Assembly: GCA_943912855.1 (NCBI GenBank)
Contig: CALTVC010000008.1
Coordinates: 97,854 to 161,853, forward strand
From: an uncultured Flavobacterium sp.
Lineage (GTDB): Bacteria; Bacteroidota; Bacteroidia; Flavobacteriales; Flavobacteriaceae
Reading direction: 5' to 3'
Length of the DNA stretch: 64,000 nucleotides
Position 1 is the first letter of the stretch, and each line of letters begins with the position of its first letter. Of this stretch, positions 20,087 through 29,612 are shown one piece after another. The position numbers and the translations under genes are program-made. Under the pieces are notes generated by a model. It saw only the letters and a program-made list of their open reading frames with translations. It searched no databases and was not told the origin of the DNA.

Positions 20087-21982
20087 ATGGAAGAAAAAAA
20101 GTTAGACATTAAAACCCTTGTTGGTTTTGGTATTGTAATCCTGATGATTGGCTGGATGATGTTCAACAGTTCTAAGGAACAGCAGAAAGCAGCCGACACC
20201 AAAGCAAAACAGGAACAGGTAAACAAAGCTGAGGTAGAAAAACAAAACGCCCTGGAGGCTTCTACCGCTGCTACAACGGCAAATGATTCGGTAAAAGTAG
20301 TGCAGCTAAAAGGTGCACTTGGCGCGTTTGCGTACAGTGCCGGGCTTCCGTCTGCAAAAGACAACGTTACCGAAATTAAAAACGGCCTGGTTACCATTAA
20401 GGTTTCTAATAAAGGTGGTTACATTACCGACCTGGTACTGAATAACTTTAAGCCTTTCTCTAAAGATTCTAAAGAGCAGGTAGAGCTTATAAAAAATAAC
20501 AATGCCGCGCTAAACCTTCAGTTTAAGACTAAAGACAACAGGCAGCTGAATACTAAAGACCTGTATTTTGAGCCGGTTGTAACCAAAGAAGGCGAAAACC
20601 AGGTGCTTACCATGAGACTTAAGGCTGGTGAAAACCAGTTCCTGGAGTACCGTTATGTGCTAAAGCCTGAAGACTATATGCTTGATTTTTCTATCCGTAC
20701 CCAGGGGCTTTCTCAGGTGGTAGATGGTTCAAAGCCTATGGATTTAGAATGGTCTATGAAAACGTACAGGAACGAGAAAAGCGCTTCTTACGAAAACCGT
20801 TATACTAACCTTGTGTACCTGTATGAAGGTGATAAGGATGATAAACTGGGCATGGGTAAAACCGATGAGGAGAAAGTAGATGACGTAAAATATGTAGCGT
20901 TTAAGCAACACTTTTTTACATCGATACTGATTACCGATGAGCCTTTTAAAACAGCCGACCTTACATCGGAGAACCTTATTAAGGACGATAAGACTGATAC
21001 CATATTTACCAAGAAGTTTACGGCTAAGATGCCACTTGCCTTTAAAGGTGGTGAGGTAAACTACAACATGAACATGTACTATGGTCCGTCTGATTATAAT
21101 ATCCTTACAAGCGATAAGTACGAAGGTCAGCATCTGGATAGGATTATGCCACTTGGCTGGGGTATCTTCGGGTGGATAAACCGTTATGTATTCATCCCTG
21201 TATTTGGTGTGCTTACAAGTTTTATTTCATCTTTCGGGGTGTGTATTATACTACTTACCATTTTGGTTAAGTTGCTTATGTCGCCGGTAACGTACAAGTC
21301 GTATGTATCGCAGGCAAAGATGAAGGTTATTAAACCTGAAATCAACGAAATCAACGAGAAGTACGCTAAAGACCCAATGAAGAAACAGCAGGAAACCATG
21401 AAGCTGTATTCATCTGCAGGTGTTAACCCTATGGCGGGCTGTTTACCGGGACTTATGCAAATACCGGTGTTCTACGCGTTGTTCCAGTTCTTCCCGTCGT
21501 ATTTTGATTTAAGGCAAAAGAGCTTCCTTTGGGCAACCGACCTTTCGTCGTATGACATGGTGTTTCACTTGCCGTTTTACATTCCGTTTTACGGTAACCA
21601 CATCAGTTTGTTCCCTATCCTTGCATCGGTAGCCATCTTCTTCTATATGAGGATGACCACAGGCGACCAGGCTATGAGCGCGCCACAACAGGAAGGCATG
21701 CCGGATATGAGCAAAGTAATGAGGATAATGATTTATATTTCTCCGGTAATGATGCTTATATTCTTTAACAGCTACGCATCGGGTCTGAGTTTGTATTACT
21801 TCATCTCTAACCTTATTACCATAGGTATTATGTATGTGATTAAAAACCACATTGTAAAAGAAGATAAAATCCACGCGTTGATTCAGGCTAACAAAAGCAA
21901 GCCGAAAAAGCAGGGAGGCTTCTCTCGCAAAATGCAGGAAATGATGGAGCAGGCGCAGGAGCAGCAAAAAAATAAAAAGTAA
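20087..21982 (+). CDS. yidC: Membrane protein insertase YidC
   Basis: N-terminal TM, large periplasmic domain, 'GWGIFGWIN', 'GVNPMAGCLP', 'SGLSLYYFISN'. Confidence 0.97.
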   Translation: MEEKKLDIKTLVGFGIVILMIGWMMFNSSKEQQKAADTKAKQEQVNKAEVEKQNALEASTAATTANDSVKVVQLKGALGAFAYSAGLPSAKDNVTEIKNGLVTIKVSNKGGYITDLVLNNFKPFSKDSKEQVELIKNNNAALNLQFKTKDNRQLNTKDLYFEPVVTKEGENQVLTMRLKAGENQFLEYRYVLKPEDYMLDFSIRTQGLSQVVDGSKPMDLEWSMKTYRNEKSASYENRYTNLVYLYEGDKDDKLGMGKTDEEKVDDVKYVAFKQHFFTSILITDEPFKTADLTSENLIKDDKTDTIFTKKFTAKMPLAFKGGEVNYNMNMYYGPSDYNILTSDKYEGQHLDRIMPLGWGIFGWINRYVFIPVFGVLTSFISSFGVCIILLTILVKLLMSPVTYKSYVSQAKMKVIKPEINEINEKYAKDPMKKQQETMKLYSSAGVNPMAGCLPGLMQIPVFYALFQFFPSYFDLRQKSFLWATDLSSYDMVFHLPFYIPFYGNHISLFPILASVAIFFYMRMTTGDQAMSAPQQEGMPDMSKVMRIMIYISPVMMLIFFNSYASGLSLYYFISNLITIGIMYVIKNHIVKEDKIHALIQANKSKPKKQGGFSRKMQEMMEQAQEQQKNKK

Positions 21983-21993
21983 ATACAATATAT

Positions 21994-22020
21994 AAAAGCA
22001 CTCTTCGGGGTGCTTTTGTT
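21994..22020 (+). terminator. Intrinsic terminator after yidC
   Basis: AAAAGCACTC-TTCG-GGGTGCTTTT followed by T-rich sequence. Confidence 0.8.
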
Positions 22021-22108
22021 TTACAGGCGTTTCGGCATAATTTTGGTATGCGGGTAAACAATAATATTCTCTATTTTAGGTTTTTTAAAAAACAAAGCAA
22101 TTAAAAAC

Positions 22109-22804
22109 ATGACTAAGACCGCATTTTTCGTAGTATCAGTATTTTGCGCATCGCTATCTTTTGCGCAACAGCCTAAGCAAAATCAAATGGATGCCCAGGG
22201 CAAGCGACACGGACAGTGGAAAGGTATGTATGAAGGTACTACGCATCCGCGCTACGAAGGTACTTTTGATCACGGAAAGGAAACCGGTACGTTTAAGTTT
22301 TATACCAATACAGATAAACCGCTTCTTAAGGCAACACGTGCATTTGCCAAAGATGGTTCGTGCCTAACTACTTTTTTCGATGAAAAGGGTGCCAAGGTAA
22401 GCGAAGGCCGTGAGGTAAACCATCAGCAGGATGGCGAGTGGAAATACTACCATAAAGGCGGTACCAAGGTTATGTCGGTAGAGCTTTACAAAGAAGGGCA
22501 ACTCAATGGTTTCAGGAAAGTATATTATGCTAACGGTGCCATTGCCGAAGAGTGCAATTACGTAAAAGGACAAAAGCAGGGCCTGTATAAAAAATACAAT
22601 GAAAAGGGTATAGTGCTGGAGGAGTCGAATTTTATAGACGGTGTGTATAACGGTCCGGCGGTATTCCGTGACGACTACGGAAACGTAGGTGCCGAAGGTG
22701 TTTTTAAGAATGACCTTAAAGTAGGCATCTGGAAAATATACGACGGTGGCAAACTCGTTAAAGAGGAAAACATGGACTTAAAAAGGAAATCACCACGTCA
22801 GTAA
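22109..22804 (+). CDS. Exported MORN-variant repeat protein (YwqK-like)
   Basis: Signal peptide; repeated 'G.W..Y..G' units. Confidence 0.85.
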   Translation: MTKTAFFVVSVFCASLSFAQQPKQNQMDAQGKRHGQWKGMYEGTTHPRYEGTFDHGKETGTFKFYTNTDKPLLKATRAFAKDGSCLTTFFDEKGAKVSEGREVNHQQDGEWKYYHKGGTKVMSVELYKEGQLNGFRKVYYANGAIAEECNYVKGQKQGLYKKYNEKGIVLEESNFIDGVYNGPAVFRDDYGNVGAEGVFKNDLKVGIWKIYDGGKLVKEENMDLKRKSPRQ

Positions 22805-22810
22805 AAGTTA

Positions 22811-22874
22811 GCCACGAATTGCCCGAATTAACACTAATGAATTTGAGAAATTTGTGCAATTCGTGTCAAAAAAA
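22811..22874. repeat. REP-like inverted repeat with 9-nt period (CACGAATT type)
   Basis: GCCACGAATTGCCCGAATT ... AATTTGTGCAATTCGTGTC; the same motif recurs at 60308 and 60447. Confidence 0.75.
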
Positions 22875-22929
22875 TATTGTAAACATTTTTGTTGTACCTT
22901 TGTATCGAAATTTTTGAATGTATTTTTAA

Positions 22930-24117
22930 ATGAAACGTGTAGTAGTAGGCCTATCGGGCGGAGTAGACAGTAGTGTGGCGGCGTACCTGCTTAAAGAACA
23001 GGGATATGAGGTAATCGGTCTTTTTATGAAGAACTGGCACGATGATACCGTAACCATATCTAACGAATGCCCGTGGCTGGAAGACAGCAACGACGCGCTT
23101 TTGGTTGCCGAAAAACTGGGAATACCATTCCAGACGGTAGATCTTAGCGAGCAATACAAAGAGCGTATTGTAGACTATATGTTTAACGAATACGAAAAAG
23201 GCCGTACGCCAAACCCGGATGTACTGTGCAACCGCGAAATTAAGTTTGACGTGTTCATGAAAATAGCCCTGAGCCTGGGTGCTGATTATGTGGCTACGGG
23301 TCACTATTGCCGTAGGGATGTCCTCGAAAAAGACGGGCAGGAAGTATACAGGCTGCTTTCGGGCATTGACAATAATAAAGACCAGTCGTACTTTTTGTGC
23401 CAGCTTTCACAGGAGCAATTAAGTAAGGCACTGTTCCCGATAGGGGAGCTTACAAAGCCCGAGGTTCGTGCTATAGCTGCCGAACAGGGATTGATTACCG
23501 CTGAGAAAAAAGACTCACAGGGGCTTTGCTTTATCGGTAAAGTTCGCCTGCCTGAATTCCTGCAACAGCAACTTCAGCCTAAAGAGGGTATCATATACGA
23601 AGTAAACGCTGATTTGCCATTATACTCTGAAGCAGAACCTGAGTTTGCCAATGTTGAAGAACAACTAGCTTTTGAAGCCAAAAACATAAGCTATAACCCT
23701 ACAATGGCTAAAGTAGTGGGCAAACACCAAGGCGCACATTATTATACCATAGGCCAACGCAAAGGGCTAAATGTGGGCGGTACTAAAGAGGCGTTGTTTA
23801 TCATTGCTACAGATGTGGAAACCAATGCCATTTATACCGGTCAGGGGCATAGCCACCCCGGCTTGTTCCGTAAGGCGCTGTACATACAAGAGAGTGAAAT
23901 CCACTGGGTACGCGAAGACCTTGCCCTGAAAGACGGCGAAACCATGGCCGTTATGGTACGCATCCGTTACCGTCAGCCGTTGCAAAAAGCTACACTGCAT
24001 AAGTTTGATAATGGTATGTACATAGCATTTGATGAACCGCAAAGTGCCATTACCGAAGGTCAGTTTGCCGCATGGCACATTAACGATGAGCTTATAGGTA
24101 GCGGGGTGATTTCTTAA
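22930..24117 (+). CDS. mnmA: tRNA 2-thiouridine(34) synthase MnmA
   Basis: SGGVDS PP-loop, '[14 protein letters not shown]', 'ATGHY', 'KDQSYFL', 'DSQGLCFIG'. Confidence 0.98.
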   Translation: MKRVVVGLSGGVDSSVAAYLLKEQGYEVIGLFMKNWHDDTVTISNECPWLEDSNDALLVAEKLGIPFQTVDLSEQYKERIVDYMFNEYEKGRTPNPDVLCNREIKFDVFMKIALSLGADYVATGHYCRRDVLEKDGQEVYRLLSGIDNNKDQSYFLCQLSQEQLSKALFPIGELTKPEVRAIAAEQGLITAEKKDSQGLCFIGKVRLPEFLQQQLQPKEGIIYEVNADLPLYSEAEPEFANVEEQLAFEAKNISYNPTMAKVVGKHQGAHYYTIGQRKGLNVGGTKEALFIIATDVETNAIYTGQGHSHPGLFRKALYIQESEIHWVREDLALKDGETMAVMVRIRYRQPLQKATLHKFDNGMYIAFDEPQSAITEGQFAAWHINDELIGSGVIS

Positions 24118-24140
24118 ATTGATTTCAACTTAAAACATAT

Positions 24141-24165
24141 AGTCGGCTTTATAGCCGACTTTTTT
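24141..24165 (+). terminator. Intrinsic terminator after mnmA
   Basis: AGTCGGCT-TTAT-AGCCGACT followed by a T-tract. Confidence 0.75.
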
Positions 24166-24197
24166 ATAGTTTTACGTTAAACTTAAATCCGACCAAT

Positions 24198-24968
24198 ATG
24201 CTTAAAAAAATATTCTTTAGTTTCTTTTGTTTGTTGCTATTAGCTTCCTGCAAAGATGAAAAGGCGGGCCGGCAAGAGACTACCCGGGATAATGAGCAGG
24301 AAATAACTAAAGAATTTGAAGCGATTAAACATAATAATAAAGCCCTTATTCTTATAGATGATTTGGTTTTATATAATAAGCGACTGAAAGCTATTGGTGA
24401 GACAAATGTGCAGTATGGGGAGTTGGTAAACATTGACAGTATTTCTAAAAAGCGCATGAATATTACGGGCAAAGGCGACCGTTGTAACGAATATAACTTA
24501 GTGCATATAGCCACTCCAAAATTTAAAGGCTGGATTGAGGGGAAAAACATATTTGAATACCTGCATGATAAGCGCGATACAATTTTTAATGCCGGAAATG
24601 TTCAATTCAAACTTTATGCTACCAAGAATTTTGCAATAGGTGCTTCAGATGATGATGGGCTTACCTTTTGTGGAGATAATAACCCTGTGATACTGCATAA
24701 TTCTAAATATAACTTTGAAGGCTTTGTACCTGTTCAAAAGCATTCGGATTATACGGATGGATACATGGTCATGGATGATTTTGATGGTTGGTTAGATAAG
24801 ATAAAGAGCGTAGCCTTTACTGACAATGTACTTACTGTTGTTGTTTTTAGGGAATACCAGGAAGGAAGTGCAGACATTACTTTGGAGATAAAATTATTGC
24901 CCAATGGATACAAGGGGAAAGTTATAAACTACGTACGCCGAGAACTCGAACCTGAATCTGAAAATTAA
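24198..24968 (+). CDS. Hypothetical lipoprotein
   Basis: Lipobox 'LLASC' followed by KDEK; AT-rich coding sequence. Confidence 0.75.
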   Translation: MLKKIFFSFFCLLLLASCKDEKAGRQETTRDNEQEITKEFEAIKHNNKALILIDDLVLYNKRLKAIGETNVQYGELVNIDSISKKRMNITGKGDRCNEYNLVHIATPKFKGWIEGKNIFEYLHDKRDTIFNAGNVQFKLYATKNFAIGASDDDGLTFCGDNNPVILHNSKYNFEGFVPVQKHSDYTDGYMVMDDFDGWLDKIKSVAFTDNVLTVVVFREYQEGSADITLEIKLLPNGYKGKVINYVRRELEPESEN

Positions 24969-24972
24969 ATTT

Positions 24973-25611
24973 ATGCTCTACAATCTACATACACACCAGT
25001 ACACCAACAACCCCAATGTTTTTGAGGTCGTAAATAAATACCCTTATGAGGCTATTGATGTACCACAATTTTCAACCGGAATCCATCCGTGGCATATCGA
25101 TGTGGATAAACTCGATGAGCATCTTGCGATTATAGAACAACGCCTTCAGTTGCCCGAATGCCTTGCATTGGGCGAGTGCGGACTGGACAAACGTATCGAA
25201 ATTCCGCTTGAAGTACAGGTAACCGTGTTTGAAAAACAATTATTGTTGGCAAAAAAATACCAAAAACCCGTAATTTTGCATCTTGTTGCTGCGTTTCAGG
25301 AACTCATAGAGATTAAAAATCGCCTGAAGGTAGATGTGCCCATGGTGGTGCATGGCTTCAGTAAGAATGCACAGGTGGCAAAACAATTGCTGGATAACGG
25401 TTTTTACCTTTCGTTTGGTAAGTATCTGTTGCGTAATCCTGAGCTGAGCGAGGTGTTTGCATCGGTGCCTGAAGATAGGTTTTTACTGGAAACCGACATG
25501 ATAGCAGAAACCCTGTCAGAGGTCTACGACAAGGCGGCAACAGCAAGAAACATGGAATTGGATACGCTTACCGCAAAGGTAGCGGCTAACTTTAAACGTA
25601 TATTTATATAA
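24973..25611 (+). CDS. tatD: TatD-family hydrolase/DNase
   Basis: HTH, GIHPW, GECGLD, 'HGF' and 'LLETD' motifs. Confidence 0.9.
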   Translation: MLYNLHTHQYTNNPNVFEVVNKYPYEAIDVPQFSTGIHPWHIDVDKLDEHLAIIEQRLQLPECLALGECGLDKRIEIPLEVQVTVFEKQLLLAKKYQKPVILHLVAAFQELIEIKNRLKVDVPMVVHGFSKNAQVAKQLLDNGFYLSFGKYLLRNPELSEVFASVPEDRFLLETDMIAETLSEVYDKAATARNMELDTLTAKVAANFKRIFI

Positions 25612-26327
25612 TGGCAATATGGCAGGAAAGGGCCGAACTGTTGTTTAAAACAGAAGGTCTTGAAAAACTTAAAAACTCTAAAGTGATGGTAGTGGGCCTT
25701 GGTGGTGTGGGCTCGTTTGCAGCCGAATTTTTGGCAAGGGCAGGCGTGGGCAACATGACCATCGTAGATGGCGATACGGTAGATATTACCAACATTAACC
25801 GTCAGTTGCCTGCATTGCACAGCACGGTAGGCCAGCCTAAAGTAACCATAGTAGGCGACAGGCTTATGGACATTAACCCGGAGCTGAACCTTACCCGCAT
25901 AGAGGAGTTTCTTTCGCCGGAGCGTGCTTTTGAGCTGGTAACACCTGAGTTTGATTATGTGCTGGACTGCATAGACAGCATTACGCCAAAGCTTAACCTG
26001 ATTATTGCTGCCAAGCGTAAAAAGGTTAAGATTATAAGCAATATGGGCGCAGGTGGTAAATATGAGGCTTCTAAGGTTCGTGTTGCTGATATTAGTAAGA
26101 CGGATGTGTGTCCGCTTGCTAAAACGGTACGTAAACGTCTTAAAAAAGAAGGAATAACTAAAGGGGTTAAAGCTGTATTCTCTGTAGAAACTCCAGACCA
26201 GAGTAGCCTAAAAATGACCAACGGGCTTAACTTTAAAAAATCGTTCTTCGGTACTAACAGCTGGATGCCCGCATTGTTTGGGCTACATGCTGCCGAAACG
26301 GTAGTGTGTCATATACTGAAAAAGTAA
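25611..26327 (+). CDS. tcdA: tRNA threonylcarbamoyladenosine dehydratase (ThiF family)
   Basis: 'GLGGVGS', 'TNINRQL', 'DCIDS', 'MGAGGK', 'CPLAK.VRKRL'. Confidence 0.9.
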   Translation: MAIWQERAELLFKTEGLEKLKNSKVMVVGLGGVGSFAAEFLARAGVGNMTIVDGDTVDITNINRQLPALHSTVGQPKVTIVGDRLMDINPELNLTRIEEFLSPERAFELVTPEFDYVLDCIDSITPKLNLIIAAKRKKVKIISNMGAGGKYEASKVRVADISKTDVCPLAKTVRKRLKKEGITKGVKAVFSVETPDQSSLKMTNGLNFKKSFFGTNSWMPALFGLHAAETVVCHILKK

Positions 26328-26340
26328 GTTTTAGTATATA

Positions 26341-26386
26341 TACCTATCTTTAGGTACAAAAATGAAAATTTCCCCACTAATGGGGA
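26341..26386 (+). promoter_or_regulatory. Two NarL-type 7-2-7 inverted-heptamer boxes upstream of the two-component operon
   Basis: TACCTAT-CT-TTAGGTA (26341-26356) and TCCCCAC-TA-ATGGGGA (26371-26386), 30 bp apart. The second box plus its T-tract could also act as the tcdA terminator. Confidence 0.55.
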
Positions 26387-26442
26387 TTTTTTTTTATGTA
26401 CTATTAATGATTTTTGTATTATTAACCTAAAATTAAGTACAA

Positions 26443-26961
26443 ATGCTAAATGCTATTTATTCGGGATCGGGAGAATACGATGGGGCAACGCTTATGGCTA
26501 CTTACAGTGCGTATTTGCCAGACTTGCCAGAAGACTCTGCTTATGAGTTTAATACAGGTGTTGTTTACAACATTTCATGTAAAGCATATCCTAACAGGAT
26601 ATTGATTTTTATGAGGGTTAAGGATGGTGCAAACTATGATTTAACATCGGTTACAAACGACGGTAATACTACCGACACGCCAAAGACAATTATGTTTAGT
26701 CTTCATTCTAATTTTGTTCAGGACATAAACAGTAACTGTATAAAGCTTGAAACCGATAAAGACATTGATCTTTTCCTGTTCCATGACCAGTATTATGATG
26801 TTTCTTATGTAGAAAAAAATCTGTTTTGCAAACCTGCAACAGACTTTGAAATTCCGCCAAAACCAGGTGAAGACGAAAGTGATTTAGAGTCGCCTGTAAT
26901 TATCATACCTAAAAAGGGTAGGCCGGGCAAGCTGGTTATTAAAAGTGTAGTAAAACTTTAA
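26443..26961 (+). CDS. Hypothetical protein heading the sensor kinase operon
   Basis: 172-aa ORF with AT-rich leader, 9 bp before the kinase gene; no signal peptide. Confidence 0.75.
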   Translation: MLNAIYSGSGEYDGATLMATYSAYLPDLPEDSAYEFNTGVVYNISCKAYPNRILIFMRVKDGANYDLTSVTNDGNTTDTPKTIMFSLHSNFVQDINSNCIKLETDKDIDLFLFHDQYYDVSYVEKNLFCKPATDFEIPPKPGEDESDLESPVIIIPKKGRPGKLVIKSVVKL

Positions 26962-26970
26962 AGCACATAA

Positions 26971-28758
26971 ATGTCTAATAAGAGATGTTTTTTCTTAAAA
27001 CTAATCCTTATGCTTACACTATTGTATAGTGTAAGGGTTAGTTCTCAATACAACAAGGAGCTGTTAGAAATTTCGAAAAGAGCTCCTAAAGAATTGCCGG
27101 CAGTACTTATTAAGGAACTTAAAGCCATTGATGTAAAGACTTTATCTCCGGCAGATAAGGCTTTGTACAACACAACGCTGTCTAATTATTATCAGTATAC
27201 CAATCAGGATGATGTAGCACTTAAACTACTGCTTGAGGCCAAGAAAACCTATAAGCAATTGGATAGTATAGATGCTATGATGGATACAAATCTTAAGATA
27301 TACATTGTTATTTATTACAGTAACACAAATACTACAGATCCTGTAAATTATCTTAGAGAATATGTTGCTTACGCGGAAAAAAAAGGTGATAAAACCAAAA
27401 TGATGAATGCTTACATTTTCATGGGAGATTATTATCTGGGTACTGAAGATGTAAAGCTGAGCAAAAAATATTATTCCAGGGCGCTGGAACTTGAAAAAAC
27501 CGTGCACGATGAAGGCACTACGTTTGCGGTTTATAATAACATGTCGCAAATATACAGCGGGATTACACATGAGCCGGATTCGGCTATTTATTATCTTAAT
27601 AAAAATCTGCCTTACCTGGAAAAGAAAGGTACAATAGAGGATTATTCTTATTACTATTCTAACATGGCAGGTGCCTACACGGCAAAAAAACAGTATGGCA
27701 AGGCCATAGAACTGCTCCTGAAGGATTTTAAGCTGAAAACGGAGCGTGCAGAATACGGATACAAACAGGCTACAGCCGAACAGTTATATAAGGTTTACAA
27801 AGAAGCAGGCGATTATAAAAATGCCTTTAAGTTTCAGGAGTTGGCGTATCAGTACAGCGACAGCATGAAGGAACACGAGCGGAACATTGCAAAAAAAGAC
27901 ATTGATACGCGCTATCGTGCCCGCGAAAAAGAACTTGAGAACAAGGTGCTTAAAAGCGATATTAAAGCCAGTAGGCTTGTAATGTACATAATAGCAGCTG
28001 TGAGTGTTGCACTAATTGCTTTAGGATTTTTGATTGTAAAAAATGCGAGGCGTAAAGAAAAAATAAGCTTTCAGGAAAAGGAAATAGAACAGCAAAAGCT
28101 TGAAAAAGCATTAAAAGACCACGAGTTGCAAAGTATAGATATTATGCTCGAAGGGCAGGAGCGTGAACGTCAGCGTATAGCTAATGACCTGCATGATAAC
28201 CTGGGCAGTATGCTTGCTACGCTGAAGCTGAACTTTGAAAACCTGAAGATGCGTAAAAACGGTACAGATGCTACCGAAAATGTTTTGTTTGAACGTACAG
28301 ACAGTCTTATAGATGAAGCTTATCATAAGGTACGCAGACTGGCACACGGCAAAAATGCGGGAGTACTATCCAGTGAGGGGTTGATACCAGCACTGGAGAA
28401 GCTTACTGAAAAAATATCCATTCCCGGTAAGCTGGAGCTACAGTTTATTCCGTATGGGTTTAGCCAGCGACTGGATAATCAGCTTGAAATAGCCATATTC
28501 CGTACCATACAGGAGCTGTCTACAAACATAATCAAGCATAGCCAGGCATCTGAAGCTACAGTCCAGCTTACGCACCATGAAGATTGCATAAATATAATTA
28601 TTGAAGACGATGGCGTAGGGTTTGCTCCCGAAAAAGTAACATCTGACGGTATGGGACTCGATTCAATAAAGAAAAAAATAACCCAACTGAACGGTACACT
28701 CGAAGTAGATAGTACCCCAGGTAAAGGGACAACCATAATAATAGACTTACCCGTATGA
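26971..28758 (+). CDS. TPR-like periplasmic sensor histidine kinase (HisKA_3 + HATPase_c)
   Basis: Signal peptide, TPR-like helices, one TM, 'ERQRIANDLHDNLG', 'EDDGVGF', 'GMGL', 'DSTPGKGT'. Confidence 0.92.
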   Translation: MSNKRCFFLKLILMLTLLYSVRVSSQYNKELLEISKRAPKELPAVLIKELKAIDVKTLSPADKALYNTTLSNYYQYTNQDDVALKLLLEAKKTYKQLDSIDAMMDTNLKIYIVIYYSNTNTTDPVNYLREYVAYAEKKGDKTKMMNAYIFMGDYYLGTEDVKLSKKYYSRALELEKTVHDEGTTFAVYNNMSQIYSGITHEPDSAIYYLNKNLPYLEKKGTIEDYSYYYSNMAGAYTAKKQYGKAIELLLKDFKLKTERAEYGYKQATAEQLYKVYKEAGDYKNAFKFQELAYQYSDSMKEHERNIAKKDIDTRYRAREKELENKVLKSDIKASRLVMYIIAAVSVALIALGFLIVKNARRKEKISFQEKEIEQQKLEKALKDHELQSIDIMLEGQERERQRIANDLHDNLGSMLATLKLNFENLKMRKNGTDATENVLFERTDSLIDEAYHKVRRLAHGKNAGVLSSEGLIPALEKLTEKISIPGKLELQFIPYGFSQRLDNQLEIAIFRTIQELSTNIIKHSQASEATVQLTHHEDCINIIIEDDGVGFAPEKVTSDGMGLDSIKKKITQLNGTLEVDSTPGKGTTIIIDLPV

Positions 28759-29366
28759 TAAAATTAGCGATAGCCGAAGACCATCAGGCGCTTATAGATG
28801 GCATGAAGGTATTTCTGGAGTACGAAACCGACCTGCAAATTGTAGGTGAAGCTGGTAATGGCGACCGTCTTTTAGACATAGTACGCAGTAAAAACCCTGA
28901 TGTGGTGCTTACCGACATAAGAATGCCAGTTATGGATGGTATTACCGCTACACGCCATATAAAAAAGGAATTCCCGAATTGTAAGGTAATAGCCTTTAGT
29001 ATGTTTGAGCAGGAAGAAGCCATACAGCAAATGCAGGATGCCGGGGCATCCGGGTATATCCTTAAGAACTCATCGTTAAAAAATGTACTCGAAGCCATAC
29101 GTACGGTATACCGTGGCGAAACGTATTTTGATAGTGGCTTAAAAAAACAGGAGAAAACAGATAGTGATGAAGTGCCGCTAAGCAAACGAGAAAAAGAAAT
29201 CCTGAAGCTGGTAGGGGAGGGTAAAACATCGCAGGAAATAGCCGATACACTTTTTATAGGAAAGGCAACGGTAGATACGCACCGTAAAAACATCCTTAAA
29301 AAATTGAACCTTCAGGGCAAGAGTGAGCTTATGCGTTACTCTATGGAAAAGAAGTACGATTTTTAA
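28755..29366 (+). CDS. NarL/LuxR-family response regulator
   Basis: Receiver 'AEDH...DIRMPVMDG...GYILK' and LuxR HTH 'LSKREKEILKLV..GKTSQEIADTLFI...TVDTHRKNILKKL'. Confidence 0.95.
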   Translation: MIKLAIAEDHQALIDGMKVFLEYETDLQIVGEAGNGDRLLDIVRSKNPDVVLTDIRMPVMDGITATRHIKKEFPNCKVIAFSMFEQEEAIQQMQDAGASGYILKNSSLKNVLEAIRTVYRGETYFDSGLKKQEKTDSDEVPLSKREKEILKLVGEGKTSQEIADTLFIGKATVDTHRKNILKKLNLQGKSELMRYSMEKKYDF

Positions 29367-29373
29367 GTGAAAA

Positions 29374-29420
29374 TCCCCATTAGTAGGTATTTTCTTGGAT
29401 TGATATTATACGCAAATTTG
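29374..29420 (+). promoter_or_regulatory. NarL-type 7-2-7 box plus imperfect -7 element (putative activated promoter)
   Basis: TCCCCAT-TA-GTAGGTA (29374-29389), then CAAATTTG (29413-29420). Confidence 0.55.
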
Positions 29421-29425
29421 CACCG

Positions 29426-29535
29426 ACGACATGTATAACTAAGACAAGAGGGGAAATTTATATTTCAAATTATTAGTTATTTGTAGTTGGTTTAGGACTC
29501 AGAAAGCCACGGCATTGCCGTGGCTTTCTTTTTTT
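29426..29535 (+). ncRNA. Candidate small RNA of about 110 nt
   Basis: Promoter-like element upstream, no meaningful ORF, U/G-rich body, strong terminator. Boundaries are inferred. Confidence 0.45.
29501..29535 (+). terminator. Strong intrinsic terminator
   Basis: AGAAAGCCACGGCA-T-TGCCGTGGCTTTCT followed by a T-tract. Confidence 0.9.
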
Positions 29536-29612
29536 GGCATGTATTTTGTTTACGCAATCTTAAAACGAATCATTTTTAATATATTTACATCAATCAAAAA
29601 ACAAAGCACATT

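Noticed and set aside
22109..22804. YwqK-type antitoxin of a toxin-antitoxin system
   Set aside because: The similarity is only generic MORN-like repeats; there is no adjacent toxin and the context is core yidC-mnmA.
29431..29442. Micro-ORF ATGTATAACTAA (MYN)
   Set aside because: Three codons with no supporting evidence; the region is treated as non-coding.
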